A stretch of DNA of 64,000 nucleotides from an uncultured Gammaproteobacteria bacterium. GTDB lineage: Bacteria > Patescibacteriota > Microgenomatia > UBA1406 > GWC2-37-13. The stretch's first letter is position 1; each line of letters opens with the position of its first letter. The stretch lies in contig CAZUKL010000003.1 of NCBI GenBank assembly GCA_964620925.1, positions 4,230 to 68,229 on the forward strand, in the 5' to 3' direction. Below the pieces are notes generated by a model. The model saw only the letters and a program-made list of their open reading frames with translations, had not been told where the DNA came from and did no database searches. Below are positions 43,388 to 52,937 of the stretch, piece after piece. Both the position numbers and the translations under genes were made by a program.

Positions 43388-45245
43388 CGGGCGGTAGGTG
43401 CAGGCCGTGCTTTGTCTTCTCCCAATAGAATGGATTCGATCCAAACTGCCAGATTGCACGTATAGTCGCGATGCTTATGCCAAACCAGTACAACGGGAGC
43501 AAAAATACAAATGGAAGTAGATCCCATCGCTTTTGCTCACTCGCTGCCACCAGATGCACGATGATGTATGTTAGATTGCCAACGAGCAGATTAAAGAATG
43601 TCACATATCCAAACCAAACTGGGATAATACCTCCATAGATGTGCTGATCCCCCATAGTCAAAAAGAACATAACCCACAACAGTGGGTTAAGAAGTGGCAA
43701 AAAGAAGCTTGATCCAAAGGTGACAACTGAAAAAAGTGCATTTTTCACTCCGAGTTCTTTCATAAATCTGCGTGGGTGGCTGGTGTGCACGAGAAAGGTG
43801 AGCAGGTATCCTTTTTGCCAGCGAGTCCGCTGCTTGATCCAACTCAATATATTTGCATTCGCTTCTTCATATGTGTATGAATTCATCACTAAAGTTTTAA
43901 ACTTGTAGCGGAATAAGCGGAGCCCCAGATCAGCGTCTTCGGTCACGTTGTAGGGATCCCAGGTACCTACATGCTTCAGATAGGTGGTGACAAAGTGATT
44001 ACTTGTACCACCAAGCGGGATCGGAGATACGGTCTCATGAAGACCTGGAAGGTAGTAATCAAACCAGAATCCATATTCCAAAGCAAACAACCGGGTGAGT
44101 ATGTTTTGTCGCGAGTTATAGAAGTTCAATCGGGCTTGGATGCACACGGTATCAAGCGTCGAGTGTAAAAATCCTGTGTATGCTTTCTTGAGTTGGTCTG
44201 GCTCAGGGTTATCTTCTGCATCGTAAATGACGGTAAATGTGCCACGTGCATACGCAAGTGCATAGTTGCACGATCGTGGCTTGGTGAGTACTGATCCTTT
44301 TGGCACCCGCACTAACTGCGCCGCTATTTTGAGCACTGATGCGTCGGGGCCGGATGCACCCACCCCTTCATGCTGCAAGGCGCGTATGGTCTGATCGTCA
44401 CCAAGCTCGACGATGAACTTGATATCAAGTTTTTCTGCAGGATAGTCAAGTGCGAGAAGGCTGCGAACGAGGTGCGGAATGACTTTCTCTTCATGCATCA
44501 AGGGGACTAGGATTGTGTAGTACGGCAGCTCTGTCGCCGTCACCCGAGAGATCTGCTCTTCGCTCACTGCCAGCTCACGATGGGGATGCAGTGACTTGAG
44601 AAAGATGAATATCTTAAGCGGGTTAATCAGTAGATAAATGAGATTTAGCACGATAAAGGTAGCAGCGCTCGTGTAGTAAGGAATGATAAAAAGAAGCGCC
44701 GTCCAAAGAGCCATCGTGGCAATTGGAAACACTTTTGGCACGAGCTTTGTACTGTATGTTTTGGTCGATAGCTCTGGGTGCCAGACATGTATACGATCCT
44801 CTGTGGCTACAGAGAGCTCCGTATAAAATGAGTTGTTTATAGCTTCAAAGATCTCCGGGGGAGGCGAGATGACCAAGTGATATGTCTGATATTCTGTATA
44901 CGTAAGCAGCTCTCTACATGACTCCTCTGAAATGAAGGGCGAAGAGGCGGCGATGTAAAGCTGGTGATCTAACTCAAAAGGGAACAAAAGGTGCTGAGAG
45001 ATGACTTTGATCGGTATCGACTGCACTATGGACAAGTGAGAGCTGAGGTTCACCTGAAGGGAAGGGTAGTAAGGCAAATCGTATGCTCGTGCGAGCTCTG
45101 GGTAGAACTGGGCGACATGTACACAGCCTTGAGCTATCAATGTAGGTATAGGATCCGCGCATGACTGGATCAGTGCTGCTGCTTTGGTTTGCTGTTCGGG
45201 CAGGATGAGCGATGACTGTAGTAGATGTGTTTTATCGTATATCAT
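43350..45245 (-). CDS. Membrane family 2 glycosyltransferase (cellulose/chitin-synthase-like) with N-terminal T2SSE_N (MshEN-like) domain
   Basis: GT2 core (YTILVPLMHEE..., YDAEDNPEPDQ, QRTRWQKGY = QxxRW) flanked by TM helices. The N-terminal about 130 aa resemble the GspE N-terminal domain. Confidence 0.7.
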   Translation of the reverse strand: MIYDKTHLLQSSLILPEQQTKAAALIQSCADPIPTLIAQGCVHVAQFYPELARAYDLPYYPSLQVNLSSHLSIVQSIPIKVISQHLLFPFELDHQLYIAASSPFISEESCRELLTYTEYQTYHLVISPPPEIFEAINNSFYTELSVATEDRIHVWHPELSTKTYSTKLVPKVFPIATMALWTALLFIIPYYTSAATFIVLNLIYLLINPLKIFIFLKSLHPHRELAVSEEQISRVTATELPYYTILVPLMHEEKVIPHLVRSLLALDYPAEKLDIKFIVELGDDQTIRALQHEGVGASGPDASVLKIAAQLVRVPKGSVLTKPRSCNYALAYARGTFTVIYDAEDNPEPDQLKKAYTGFLHSTLDTVCIQARLNFYNSRQNILTRLFALEYGFWFDYYLPGLHETVSPIPLGGTSNHFVTTYLKHVGTWDPYNVTEDADLGLRLFRYKFKTLVMNSYTYEEANANILSWIKQRTRWQKGYLLTFLVHTSHPRRFMKELGVKNALFSVVTFGSSFFLPLLNPLLWVMFFLTMGDQHIYGGIIPVWFGYVTFFNLLVGNLTYIIVHLVAASEQKRWDLLPFVFLLPLYWFGISIATIRAIWQFGSNPFYWEKTKHGLHLPPATLRGDAYYKFQ

Positions 45246-45435
45246 GGGTGAGTCCGCACTCTGCCACAAGCTTGTGCAGATTAGTGATAAGGTGTTGTTC
45301 GTGTAGCTTAATTGCTTTGAGTTTCTTGCTTTTATCAAGCAGTTGTAGTGCACGGACGTGATCTATGAGTCGGTGTTCAAGTATCAATACTGTCTTAATT
45401 TCTTCCACAAAGCTATGTATGTCTTTGGTGACCAT
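45232..45435 (-). CDS. Small helical hypothetical protein
   Basis: 67 aa. The 3' end overlaps the GT2 start by 14 nt. Tightly packed with 45439-45624. Confidence 0.3.
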   Translation of the reverse strand: MVTKDIHSFVEEIKTVLILEHRLIDHVRALQLLDKSKKLKAIKLHEQHLITNLHKLVAECGLTHDIR

Positions 45436-45438
45436 AGG

Positions 45439-45624
45439 TTATTTAAACAACTGAGTGATGTGAGACTCTAAGAGCTTGTGCGTGGAGACCGCATGCAACA
45501 GTGTTTTTCTCAGCTGACGAGGTACTCGCTGCCCTTTCAATCGAGTGACAAAATGCAATAGTCCTTTCAGCTTGTTTTGTATCACTTTGTTGTATACCAA
45601 TAGTTCGCTTGCTGATGAGTCCAT
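45439..45624 (-). CDS. Small helical hypothetical protein
   Basis: 61 aa, 3 nt upstream of the next ORF. No motif. Confidence 0.3.
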   Translation of the reverse strand: MDSSASELLVYNKVIQNKLKGLLHFVTRLKGQRVPRQLRKTLLHAVSTHKLLESHITQLFK

Positions 45625-45767
45625 AGGCGATCAACAAATTTGTGAATAGCATACCCGTATCTAAGAGTATCGATACCCAAACCAACAGTGATCTTGTTTG
45701 AACTACAAATACATAGTAGTGTATGGGGTGTAGGAAAAGCAAGCGAAGATATATCTATCTAAAAAAA

Positions 45768-46196
45768 CTACTCTGTGGTGGATATTGAAGGCAGCGCATT
45801 TTCTTGCGACACAAACTCGCGAATTGCACTGATGATATCCTCAAGTCGGTGCTCGGCTTTCAGCAAATACCTTGACACTCCCAACGCCATCATATGGTGA
45901 AGGTTGGTGGGGTCTGCAGAGTTGCTGACCACCATGATGGGTATGTGCTTCCACTTTGGATTTTCACGAACCTTCTGCATGAACTCGAGTCCATTCATGT
46001 CTTTGAGGTAGTAGTCGAGCCAAATAGCATGCGGAAGCTCAGGAAACTCCTCTAGATAGTGGATCGCCTGGCTGCCAGCGACACAAGACACAGGCTCAAA
46101 TCCACTCAGGGTGAGTTTGTGCGTGATTGCCTTCAAAAGAAGCTCCTCATCTTCAACGACGAGTATGGATGGTTTGACTGCGTGAGTCTTTTTCAT
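45768..46196 (-). CDS. Response regulator receiver protein
   Basis: ILVVEDEELL...IWLDYYLKDMNG...MVVSN...K. 7 nt downstream of the histidine kinase gene. Confidence 0.8.
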   Translation of the reverse strand: MKKTHAVKPSILVVEDEELLLKAITHKLTLSGFEPVSCVAGSQAIHYLEEFPELPHAIWLDYYLKDMNGLEFMQKVRENPKWKHIPIMVVSNSADPTNLHHMMALGVSRYLLKAEHRLEDIISAIREFVSQENALPSISTTE

Positions 46197-46203
46197 CGGA
46201 ATA

Positions 46204-48405
46204 TTATACAGGTTTGATTGGATTCTCAGCAGCCACTGTTGCTTTCGTATTTGACACCCCTTGTATCGGAAGTGTAAACCAGAAGGTGGTACCTTTGTGA
46301 GCCTCACTTCGAAATGATATCTCCCCACCTGAAGATTCGACTATTGCTTTGACGAGGTAGAGCCCTAGTCCTGTGCCATCAGTTTCGATTTTGGTTATGT
46401 TACTGCCGCGATAAAACTTTCGAAAGACATTGGCTTTTTCTGAAGCTGGAATCCCATAACCTGTGTCTGAGACTTGGATAAGGATATTGGTGCCTTTTTT
46501 TGAAATGAAGACAACGATCTCTCCTCCTTCGGGGGTGTACTTGATCGCATTCGTAAGTAGATTTACAAAGACTTCATGGATCAGTTTTGGGTCGAGGAGA
46601 ATCAGTGGCAGATGAGTGTGTGCGCTCAAGATAATCTGTTGCTTTTTAATATCAGCACGTGGCTGAAGCTCACCTATGATATTGGTTGTGAGTTTTATTA
46701 TATCCACTTCTTTTGCGTCGATCACGATTCGACCTGACTCAATACGAGAGATGTTGAGGAGTGCATTTACGAGCGCGATCATCCGATCGCTCGAATCTGA
46801 TATGTTTTGTACAAATGTCTGCTGTGGAGGAGTCAGAGCGCCAGCATCACCTGCCAGTAACATCTCACTATACCAGCGCATCGCAGAGAGTGGTGTACGG
46901 AGCTGGTGGGAGGCAAGAGAGATAAACTCAGTCTTCATGCGATCAACTTCCTTTTCACGAGTCACGTCGCGTATCACCTGTACTACTCCAGCGATCACAT
47001 TTCGCTCAACAAGGGGAGAGCTTGTGAGCTTGACGGTGAGCTTCGTGCCGTCTTTTCGTTGGTATATAGCCTCTTCGGTGACCTGTGTCTTTGAGTCAAA
47101 CACCTTTACGATCGTCCTCTGTGCGTCTTTGATTTGCTCGCCTGTGCTATCAAAGGCATGTATTGCTTTAAAATACAGCTTCCCCAAAAGCTCCTCTTCT
47201 GAGTATCCGAGGAGCCGCTCGGCGCTTTGATTTACGTGTGAGATGTGTAGGTGTTCATCGGTGACAATGACCGCATCACCAATACTCGCAAGTATTGCCT
47301 CGTCACGTACATTTTGCTTGTTTAGAAGTTCGGTTTGCAGGGTGAGTTGCTGCTCGATACTCTTTATTTTGCTTATATCTTCCTCTGTGCCCACAAACCC
47401 GTCGATCCTCCCCTCATTGAGGATCGGTGCTATATGTGCGATAGCATCATATATAACACCATCTTTGCGTCTATTACGTATTTCACCTACAAATGCTTTT
47501 TTTTCTATTTTGATTTGGTGCCACAATTTCTTGTAAAACGAAGGGCTCATCAGCCCACCCCACAAACGTGGAGTACTTCCACGCATTTCTTCAAAGGTAT
47601 ATCCCGTGATCCGCTCGGCAGCAGGATTTGCAAATATCACCCTACCCTCCTGATCAGTGATGATGACGTGCTGTCCGCTACTTATCACTGCTTTTTTGTA
47701 TGTCTCCTGCTCACTCTCTGCATGGTGCGGGGGGATGCTTCCGTACGGATAGAACTCTTCATAATACTGTCGTGATGGAGGTATATGGTACGATTTCAGA
47801 TCATGGGATACCGCATCACAAAATGATTGCGGACCAATGATGATCCAGCGTCCGAGTGGCACGGTGCGAGATAACGTTCCAATCAGCGGGTACAGTGCAT
47901 GATGACTGACAGGATGTAGGTGAGTCTGTGATGTGTCACAAAGTGTGTGCACCTCTTTTTCACCTATCATCTTTCCCGTATGTACGGCGACTATGTGCAA
48001 TGTACGATGAAACTCTTTCGTGCGCAGATAGCTCAACATCGGTGCAATGCCTACACCCGCACCTATGAATATGAGCGGGTCATCGCCAGGAATGTCAAAA
48101 AGTGAACCGTGTGGTCCAAATAGCTCTGCCTCTTGCCCGATAGTCATGTCTCGCAAAGACTTTTTGAAGCCGCTTTCTGAAACACGAAACAAGATGCTAT
48201 ATGTACCTGAATCTGGCGAACTGGTGAGTGAAAACGCGCGTCGATCTCCACGCGGATCTGGGTAGGTGAGGGGAATCACTAGCCATACATATTGACCAGG
48301 AACAAATGTCGTGCAATGAGCTTTTTTTGGGACAAAGACATACTCATACACACCATCAGCCACTTCATGTTTGTGCTGGAGTGCCACCTGGATTTTTTTC
48401 GGCAT
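46204..48405 (-). CDS. Sensor histidine kinase: ferredoxin-NADP reductase-like (FAD/NAD-binding) N-domain + 2 PAS + HisKA + HATPase_c
   Basis: N-terminal VPGQYVWL...RAFSLTSSP...LFGPHG...FIGAGVGIAPM (FNR-like). Two PAS blocks. H-box SLASHQLRTPL. N/G boxes NLLTNAIKYTP, DTGYGIP, GTGLGL. Confidence 0.8.
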   Translation of the reverse strand: MPKKIQVALQHKHEVADGVYEYVFVPKKAHCTTFVPGQYVWLVIPLTYPDPRGDRRAFSLTSSPDSGTYSILFRVSESGFKKSLRDMTIGQEAELFGPHGSLFDIPGDDPLIFIGAGVGIAPMLSYLRTKEFHRTLHIVAVHTGKMIGEKEVHTLCDTSQTHLHPVSHHALYPLIGTLSRTVPLGRWIIIGPQSFCDAVSHDLKSYHIPPSRQYYEEFYPYGSIPPHHAESEQETYKKAVISSGQHVIITDQEGRVIFANPAAERITGYTFEEMRGSTPRLWGGLMSPSFYKKLWHQIKIEKKAFVGEIRNRRKDGVIYDAIAHIAPILNEGRIDGFVGTEEDISKIKSIEQQLTLQTELLNKQNVRDEAILASIGDAVIVTDEHLHISHVNQSAERLLGYSEEELLGKLYFKAIHAFDSTGEQIKDAQRTIVKVFDSKTQVTEEAIYQRKDGTKLTVKLTSSPLVERNVIAGVVQVIRDVTREKEVDRMKTEFISLASHQLRTPLSAMRWYSEMLLAGDAGALTPPQQTFVQNISDSSDRMIALVNALLNISRIESGRIVIDAKEVDIIKLTTNIIGELQPRADIKKQQIILSAHTHLPLILLDPKLIHEVFVNLLTNAIKYTPEGGEIVVFISKKGTNILIQVSDTGYGIPASEKANVFRKFYRGSNITKIETDGTGLGLYLVKAIVESSGGEISFRSEAHKGTTFWFTLPIQGVSNTKATVAAENPIKPV

Positions 48406-48537
48406 AGATCAATAGAAATCAATCATAGGAATCCTAGCAGGATTGGATTCCAGGAGCAAGGGCTTGTAATCTTTTCAAAACCTTTCTGAGACCTGTTGCA
48501 CAATAGTATGTATTCATTCCCTGTCATCTATTACCGC

Positions 48538-48900
48538 TGTCATCCCCTCCGCCGATTCGACGGAGGGTGTAATCAATCTCCTACACCCCCGTCCCGACTG
48601 GTCGGGACACCCCCTCATTGGGAAACGAGGGGGAGATGGGTTGGCTCCCCCTGCGAAGCGAGGGGGTATGCGAACCAGAGGTGAGCAGGGGGTGTAGTGT
48701 ATAGCTCATACACCCCCATACTCGCTTTAGCTCGTATTACCCCCTCATTGGGAAATGAGGGGGAGTGTTGTGGTCTGGGCAAACTCCCCCTCGTCAAATG
48801 ACGAGGGGGGAACTGAACGAAGTGAAGTGGGGGTGTAAGGATTGGACTGACACCCCCTCGTCCCGCAGAGCGGGATAAATTCGTGAACGAGGGGGAGATG
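48538..48900. repeat. Array of about 9 GC-rich hairpins built on CCCCC(T)...(A)GGGGG arms
   Basis: Hairpins at 48545-48567, 48591-48608, 48610-48633, 48647-48666, 48688-48717, 48740-48763, 48786-48809, 48829-48857 and 48853-48895. 48610-48633 and 48740-48763 are near-identical. Confidence 0.8.
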
Positions 48901-48917
48901 GGCAAGCTCAGGTCTTC

Positions 48918-49397
48918 TCAAAAGAGGCTCTCTGCAGCATGCTCAGTTTGGCTATCCTCAATCAAGCGCGTAGATTTGCTTGCTGCCACTGCCATCACAT
49001 CACACTGCTCATTTTCAGCATGACCCATATGCCCGCGAATCCATGAAAAGGTTACGTGGTGCGTGGCCACGAGGGGGATGAGGAGCTCCCAGAGATCACG
49101 ATTTGCCACTGGCTTTTTGGCTGCGGTTCTCCAGCCCCGCGCTTGCCATGAGTCGATCCACTTTTTGACAAATGCATTCACGATGTACTCAGAGTCGGTC
49201 ACGACAGTCACGCGCGAATCAGCAGGTGCCACACCGAGACCTGCGATGACTCCACGCAGCTCCATGCGGTTGTTAGTGGTTTTGGCGTATCCTTGGGACC
49301 CTGTGGAGACGACTTTGTCATCGAGCTTAAGGAGAAACCCATATCCCCCCGGACCAGGATTGCCCGAGCACGCACCGTCAGTGTAGAGAAAATACAT
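48918..49397 (-). CDS. rnhA: Ribonuclease HI
   Basis: YTDGACSGNPGPGGYG...TNNRMEL...TDSEYI...W..RGW...NRDLW...W.RGH.GH..NE.CD. Confidence 0.9.
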   Translation of the reverse strand: MYFLYTDGACSGNPGPGGYGFLLKLDDKVVSTGSQGYAKTTNNRMELRGVIAGLGVAPADSRVTVVTDSEYIVNAFVKKWIDSWQARGWRTAAKKPVANRDLWELLIPLVATHHVTFSWIRGHMGHAENEQCDVMAVAASKSTRLIEDSQTEHAAESLF

Positions 49398-49554
49398 ATG
49401 GAGAGAGTATAGAACAAACGTATAGTGAATAGCGTATAACTTATAACGAAATTGAAAAAATGTCGCATAGAGTAAATACATTGTTCGGCCTTTTTATATT
49501 TTTACCTTTTAATTTTTGATTTTCGTTCTACGTTATCAACTATACGTTATCAAC

Positions 49555-49560
49555 TATAAT
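49555..49560 (+). promoter_or_regulatory. -10-like TATAAT box 7 nt upstream of the greA ATG (leaderless-type promoter)
   Basis: CAACTATAATCCCCTCCATG with no Shine-Dalgarno. Overlapped by the tandem 14-nt repeat at 49529-49556. Confidence 0.45.
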
Positions 49561-49567
49561 CCCCTCC

Positions 49568-50026
49568 ATGTATCACCTCACCGCAGACGGACATGCTCAG
49601 TATGAAAAAGAGCTTGCTGATCTGAGGAAAAAACGCCCCGAGGTCGTGGTGGAGCTCTCACGAGCAAGTGAGCTTGGGGATCGGAGTGAAAATGCAGCCT
49701 ATCGTGTCGCAAAGTCACAACTCGGTCGTTTGGATAGCAGAGTCAGATTTTTGGACAAGATGCTCCGCAACTCACGGATCATCACTCCCAAAGATACCGG
49801 AATAGCGGGTATCGGATCTCAGGTGAGGCTCCACGGTGAAAGTGGCGAGGTCACCTATCGCCTCGTCGATAGCATTCAATCAAACCTCGCTCAAGGAGAT
49901 CTCTCGATCAGGAGTCCGCTGGGCGCAGGAGTGTTGCATGGTAAAGCTGGTACAGAGATATCAGTAAAGACGCCCCGGGGCATCAAAAAATATACTATAC
50001 TCACCATATCAGTTGATACGGTCTGA
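49568..50026 (+). CDS. greA: Transcription elongation factor GreA
   Basis: LT..G....EL..L...RPEVV.EL..A.ELGDRSENAAY..AK coiled-coil plus a C-terminal FKBP-like domain. Confidence 0.85.
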   Translation: MYHLTADGHAQYEKELADLRKKRPEVVVELSRASELGDRSENAAYRVAKSQLGRLDSRVRFLDKMLRNSRIITPKDTGIAGIGSQVRLHGESGEVTYRLVDSIQSNLAQGDLSIRSPLGAGVLHGKAGTEISVKTPRGIKKYTILTISVDTV

Positions 50027-50063
50027 TGCAGATTTTCTATTTCTAGATATACTCATATAGCTC

Positions 50064-50942
50064 ATGCAATCCAATAACATTTTCCAGACGCCTGTTTCGC
50101 CTGTGTCTCGCGTTCCTGGCGTTGCGTCAACTCCCGTGCGTCCTGATTTCGTCGCTATTGCACCTGGTGGTGGAGATGAGAGCGAAAAAAAACAGTTTAT
50201 TCAAACTATCCTTATCACGTTTGGTATTTGCAGCATCATCACCGTGGTGCTTTTTTTTCTCCTCCTCAGCAACTCATCGGAGGCTAGCACTGCCGCGACT
50301 CCGACTAAATACACCGTAAAAGAAGATCCGGTAAAGGCGATCATCCCTACTCCACGCAAACCCACTCCCACTCCCGTAAAAAAGCCAACTCCCACAGTGC
50401 CTGCAGTAGTAAAAAGTACCATCGCACCAACCCCCACCGGTGCGATTACTCCCGTAGTAACAGTGACTCCCGCTCCGACCAATACTCCCACCTCCTCACC
50501 CACTCTTACCCCTTCACCTACCTCCACAGTAACCGCTACACCAACACTCACACCCACACCGACAGGATCGGTCACCTTAAGTACCGAGCTTTCAAGTGGA
50601 ACGATGAACCTAGGTTCAGTATTGATAAACAGTGGTGAGTCGTGGGGGGAAGTGATTATTCGTAATGGCACTGCAAGTGCAATCAATTTGACAGATTTGT
50701 TCTTTTCGGTGTCTGGCTCTACCAACCCCTACTCCATCATGGACGGAGCAGATTGTTTGACAAACTCTCTGTTGCCATACTCGCTACCCTCAGGTTCCAC
50801 AAAGTGTTTGCGAGTAAAGTTTAAGCCAGTGACTGGGAGTAATGTGGCGAATACAATAATATTGTATTGGAATACATCCAATCTCAAATCGTTTAGCTTG
50901 ACCGGAGTGATACTTACGCCTACTCCCACACCTACGCCATAG
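50064..50942 (+). CDS. Membrane-anchored Thr/Pro-rich surface protein with C-terminal Ig-like domain
   Basis: TM ILITFGICSIITVVLFFLLL, about 100 aa of TP-rich linker, beta-rich C-domain. Confidence 0.5.
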   Translation: MQSNNIFQTPVSPVSRVPGVASTPVRPDFVAIAPGGGDESEKKQFIQTILITFGICSIITVVLFFLLLSNSSEASTAATPTKYTVKEDPVKAIIPTPRKPTPTPVKKPTPTVPAVVKSTIAPTPTGAITPVVTVTPAPTNTPTSSPTLTPSPTSTVTATPTLTPTPTGSVTLSTELSSGTMNLGSVLINSGESWGEVIIRNGTASAINLTDLFFSVSGSTNPYSIMDGADCLTNSLLPYSLPSGSTKCLRVKFKPVTGSNVANTIILYWNTSNLKSFSLTGVILTPTPTPTP

Positions 50943-51038
50943 GATGAGAGCAAGGGCGGAAGATCAAAATTCTCCCGCTTTGCAGGACTTCACAACTTAT
51001 ACGGAATTCCCTCAATTAGCTACAGTGTCATCCCTGCA

Positions 51039-51212
51039 CTAGTCAATAGTATCGGTGATTGAATGAGTGTTCATCAATTCTGTCATCTTGAGTCCATCGA
51101 CCTGCTCAGGATAAACTCAGCCGAAAGATTCCACTAATTGCCGATCCAGAGATCCTTCGTTTCACTCAGAACGACCAGATAGAAATTGTCACCGAATTAG
51201 TGGTCTACTATG
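51039..51212. repeat. MITE-like element, family B, copy 2
   Basis: Ends are homologous to 10767-11005. Lies between convergent genes. Confidence 0.7.
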
Positions 51213-51258
51213 ATCTAGCTTTCCATACATTATGGACCTTATAAACTTTATAGATTTG

Positions 51259-52299
51259 TTATCCCTGCTTCTTCTCTTCCTCCACTATTCTTTCGACATC
51301 TGCCACCGAGGTTATGCGGAGCATCTGGGAGCGCACGGCGGCAGCATTATGAAACCCGCTCATATACCATGCCATGTGTTTGCGGAGTGATATAAAGTGT
51401 CCCTTGGGGAGCATCTGCGCATACAGTTTTGCATGTGAGAGTGCTATATCAAGTCGCTCCACTTTGGTAGGTAGATGACTTGAAAATATCCATGGATTTC
51501 CCCAAGTCGCGCGTCCGATGAGTACTCCATCGAGCCCATATGTTTTGGCATATTCGACACCTTGCGCGTGTGAGGTGATGTCTCCGCTCCCAAGCACACA
51601 GATGGTTGGGGAGATTTCCTTTGCGACTGAGGCAGCGAGCGCGATCTCGTCCCACGATGCCTTCCCACTATAGAGCTGTTTGAGGGTGCGTCCATGGACG
51701 GTGAGTGCGTGTGGCCGCTCTTGTACGATGCGTCCGATCCACTCACGTGTCAGGGGCATGTCGTACCCAACTCGTGTTTTAACAGACACGGGGATCGAGG
51801 TGACACCCGGCTTTGTGGTTCGCTTGATCCGACGTATCTCCACCTTCATAGCAGGTGTGACTTTGATATCGTCGATAGTCATACCTGCGTACCACTCGGC
51901 AACTGCCTGCTTCACCGTTTTGATGATATCGCACGCATGATCGGGGATGCGGATCAGCCCTGCGCCGGCGCCTCGCGCTGCAACTGACTTTGCAGGGCAC
52001 CCCATATTTATATCTATCCCATCAAAGCCGAGTGCACAAACAACGTGCGCGGAAAGGTGGTACCCTTCCAAACTTGATCCATAGATCTGCCCGATGGTGG
52101 GAATATCTGTCTCATGTGCTACAAATGACTCGAGGACCTTGACCGCGCCAGCCTGTATAGCCTCCACCGGAACAAACTCGCTAAAAAGGACATCTGGATG
52201 GCTACAGATATCAAAAACTTTGCGGTATGCCGCGTCGGTCACTCCATCCATCGGAGCCAGCCCGACGATCGGACGTGGGAGAGTCTGCCAAAAATACAT
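51259..52299 (-). CDS. dus: tRNA-dihydrouridine synthase
   Basis: LAPMDGVTD...DINMGCP...K.R.G... pattern. TATAAT (52307-52312, minus strand) lies 7 nt upstream of the ATG. Confidence 0.85.
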   Translation of the reverse strand: MYFWQTLPRPIVGLAPMDGVTDAAYRKVFDICSHPDVLFSEFVPVEAIQAGAVKVLESFVAHETDIPTIGQIYGSSLEGYHLSAHVVCALGFDGIDINMGCPAKSVAARGAGAGLIRIPDHACDIIKTVKQAVAEWYAGMTIDDIKVTPAMKVEIRRIKRTTKPGVTSIPVSVKTRVGYDMPLTREWIGRIVQERPHALTVHGRTLKQLYSGKASWDEIALAASVAKEISPTICVLGSGDITSHAQGVEYAKTYGLDGVLIGRATWGNPWIFSSHLPTKVERLDIALSHAKLYAQMLPKGHFISLRKHMAWYMSGFHNAAAVRSQMLRITSVADVERIVEEEKKQG

Positions 52300-52355
52300 G
52301 AGGTCTATTATAATCGGTGTGGCTTGATTCGCACGGGTGCATCAAGCTATCAACT

Positions 52356-52937
52356 ATGTCAAAAACAGTAGCGGGATTTATCAACAATGTTCTGGCTTCG
52401 GTGGTATTTGTGCTAGCTTTCTTTATCATCTTTTCGCCATTTCTGCCTGAGATACAACTGGTGGTATCAAACTCTATATCCCCTGATGGTTTAAAGGTCA
52501 TGAGTGGAGGAAGACCTCTCCTGCCGGTTCCTGCTCCAGAAAAGAATACTCTTGTCATCGCTGATATAGGAGTACACGGCATCATTTATGAAGGAGACAA
52601 GGTTGAAACTATGAATAAGGGCATTTGGAGGCGCCCTCACAGCTCAGACCCTGCCCGCGGTGGCAATACGGTGCTCGTTGCACATCGCTACTTGTATACC
52701 TCCGGTCCTGACACGTTTTATCATTTGCCAAAAGTTGATATAGGAAAACACATCACCCTGTATTGGAATGGGAAGAAGTATGAGTATAAAGTCTTTGAAA
52801 CGAAAGTGGTGGATCCAGACGCAGTGGAGATCGAAAAAGACACTCTCGAGCCTACACTCACGCTGTATACCTGCACCCCTCTCTGGACATCGGCAAAACG
52901 ATTTGTGGTGCGAGCCAAACCAGTAAGTGCAAAGTAG
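52356..52937 (+). CDS. Sortase family transpeptidase
   Basis: N-terminal TM, VLVAHR, and LTLYTCTP (TLxTC catalytic Cys motif). Confidence 0.8.
   Translation: MSKTVAGFINNVLASVVFVLAFFIIFSPFLPEIQLVVSNSISPDGLKVMSGGRPLLPVPAPEKNTLVIADIGVHGIIYEGDKVETMNKGIWRRPHSSDPARGGNTVLVAHRYLYTSGPDTFYHLPKVDIGKHITLYWNGKKYEYKVFETKVVDPDAVEIEKDTLEPTLTLYTCTPLWTSAKRFVVRAKPVSAK

Noticed and set aside
48538-48905. Possible CRISPR array, and a 96-aa ORF (48615-48905, minus strand) in the hairpin region
   Set aside because: The repeats are inverted (hairpins) with irregular spacing. There are no direct repeat-spacer units and no cas genes. The ORF is a low-complexity translation of the G/C-run hairpins (PPLHF, GGVSP) and is not credible as a gene.
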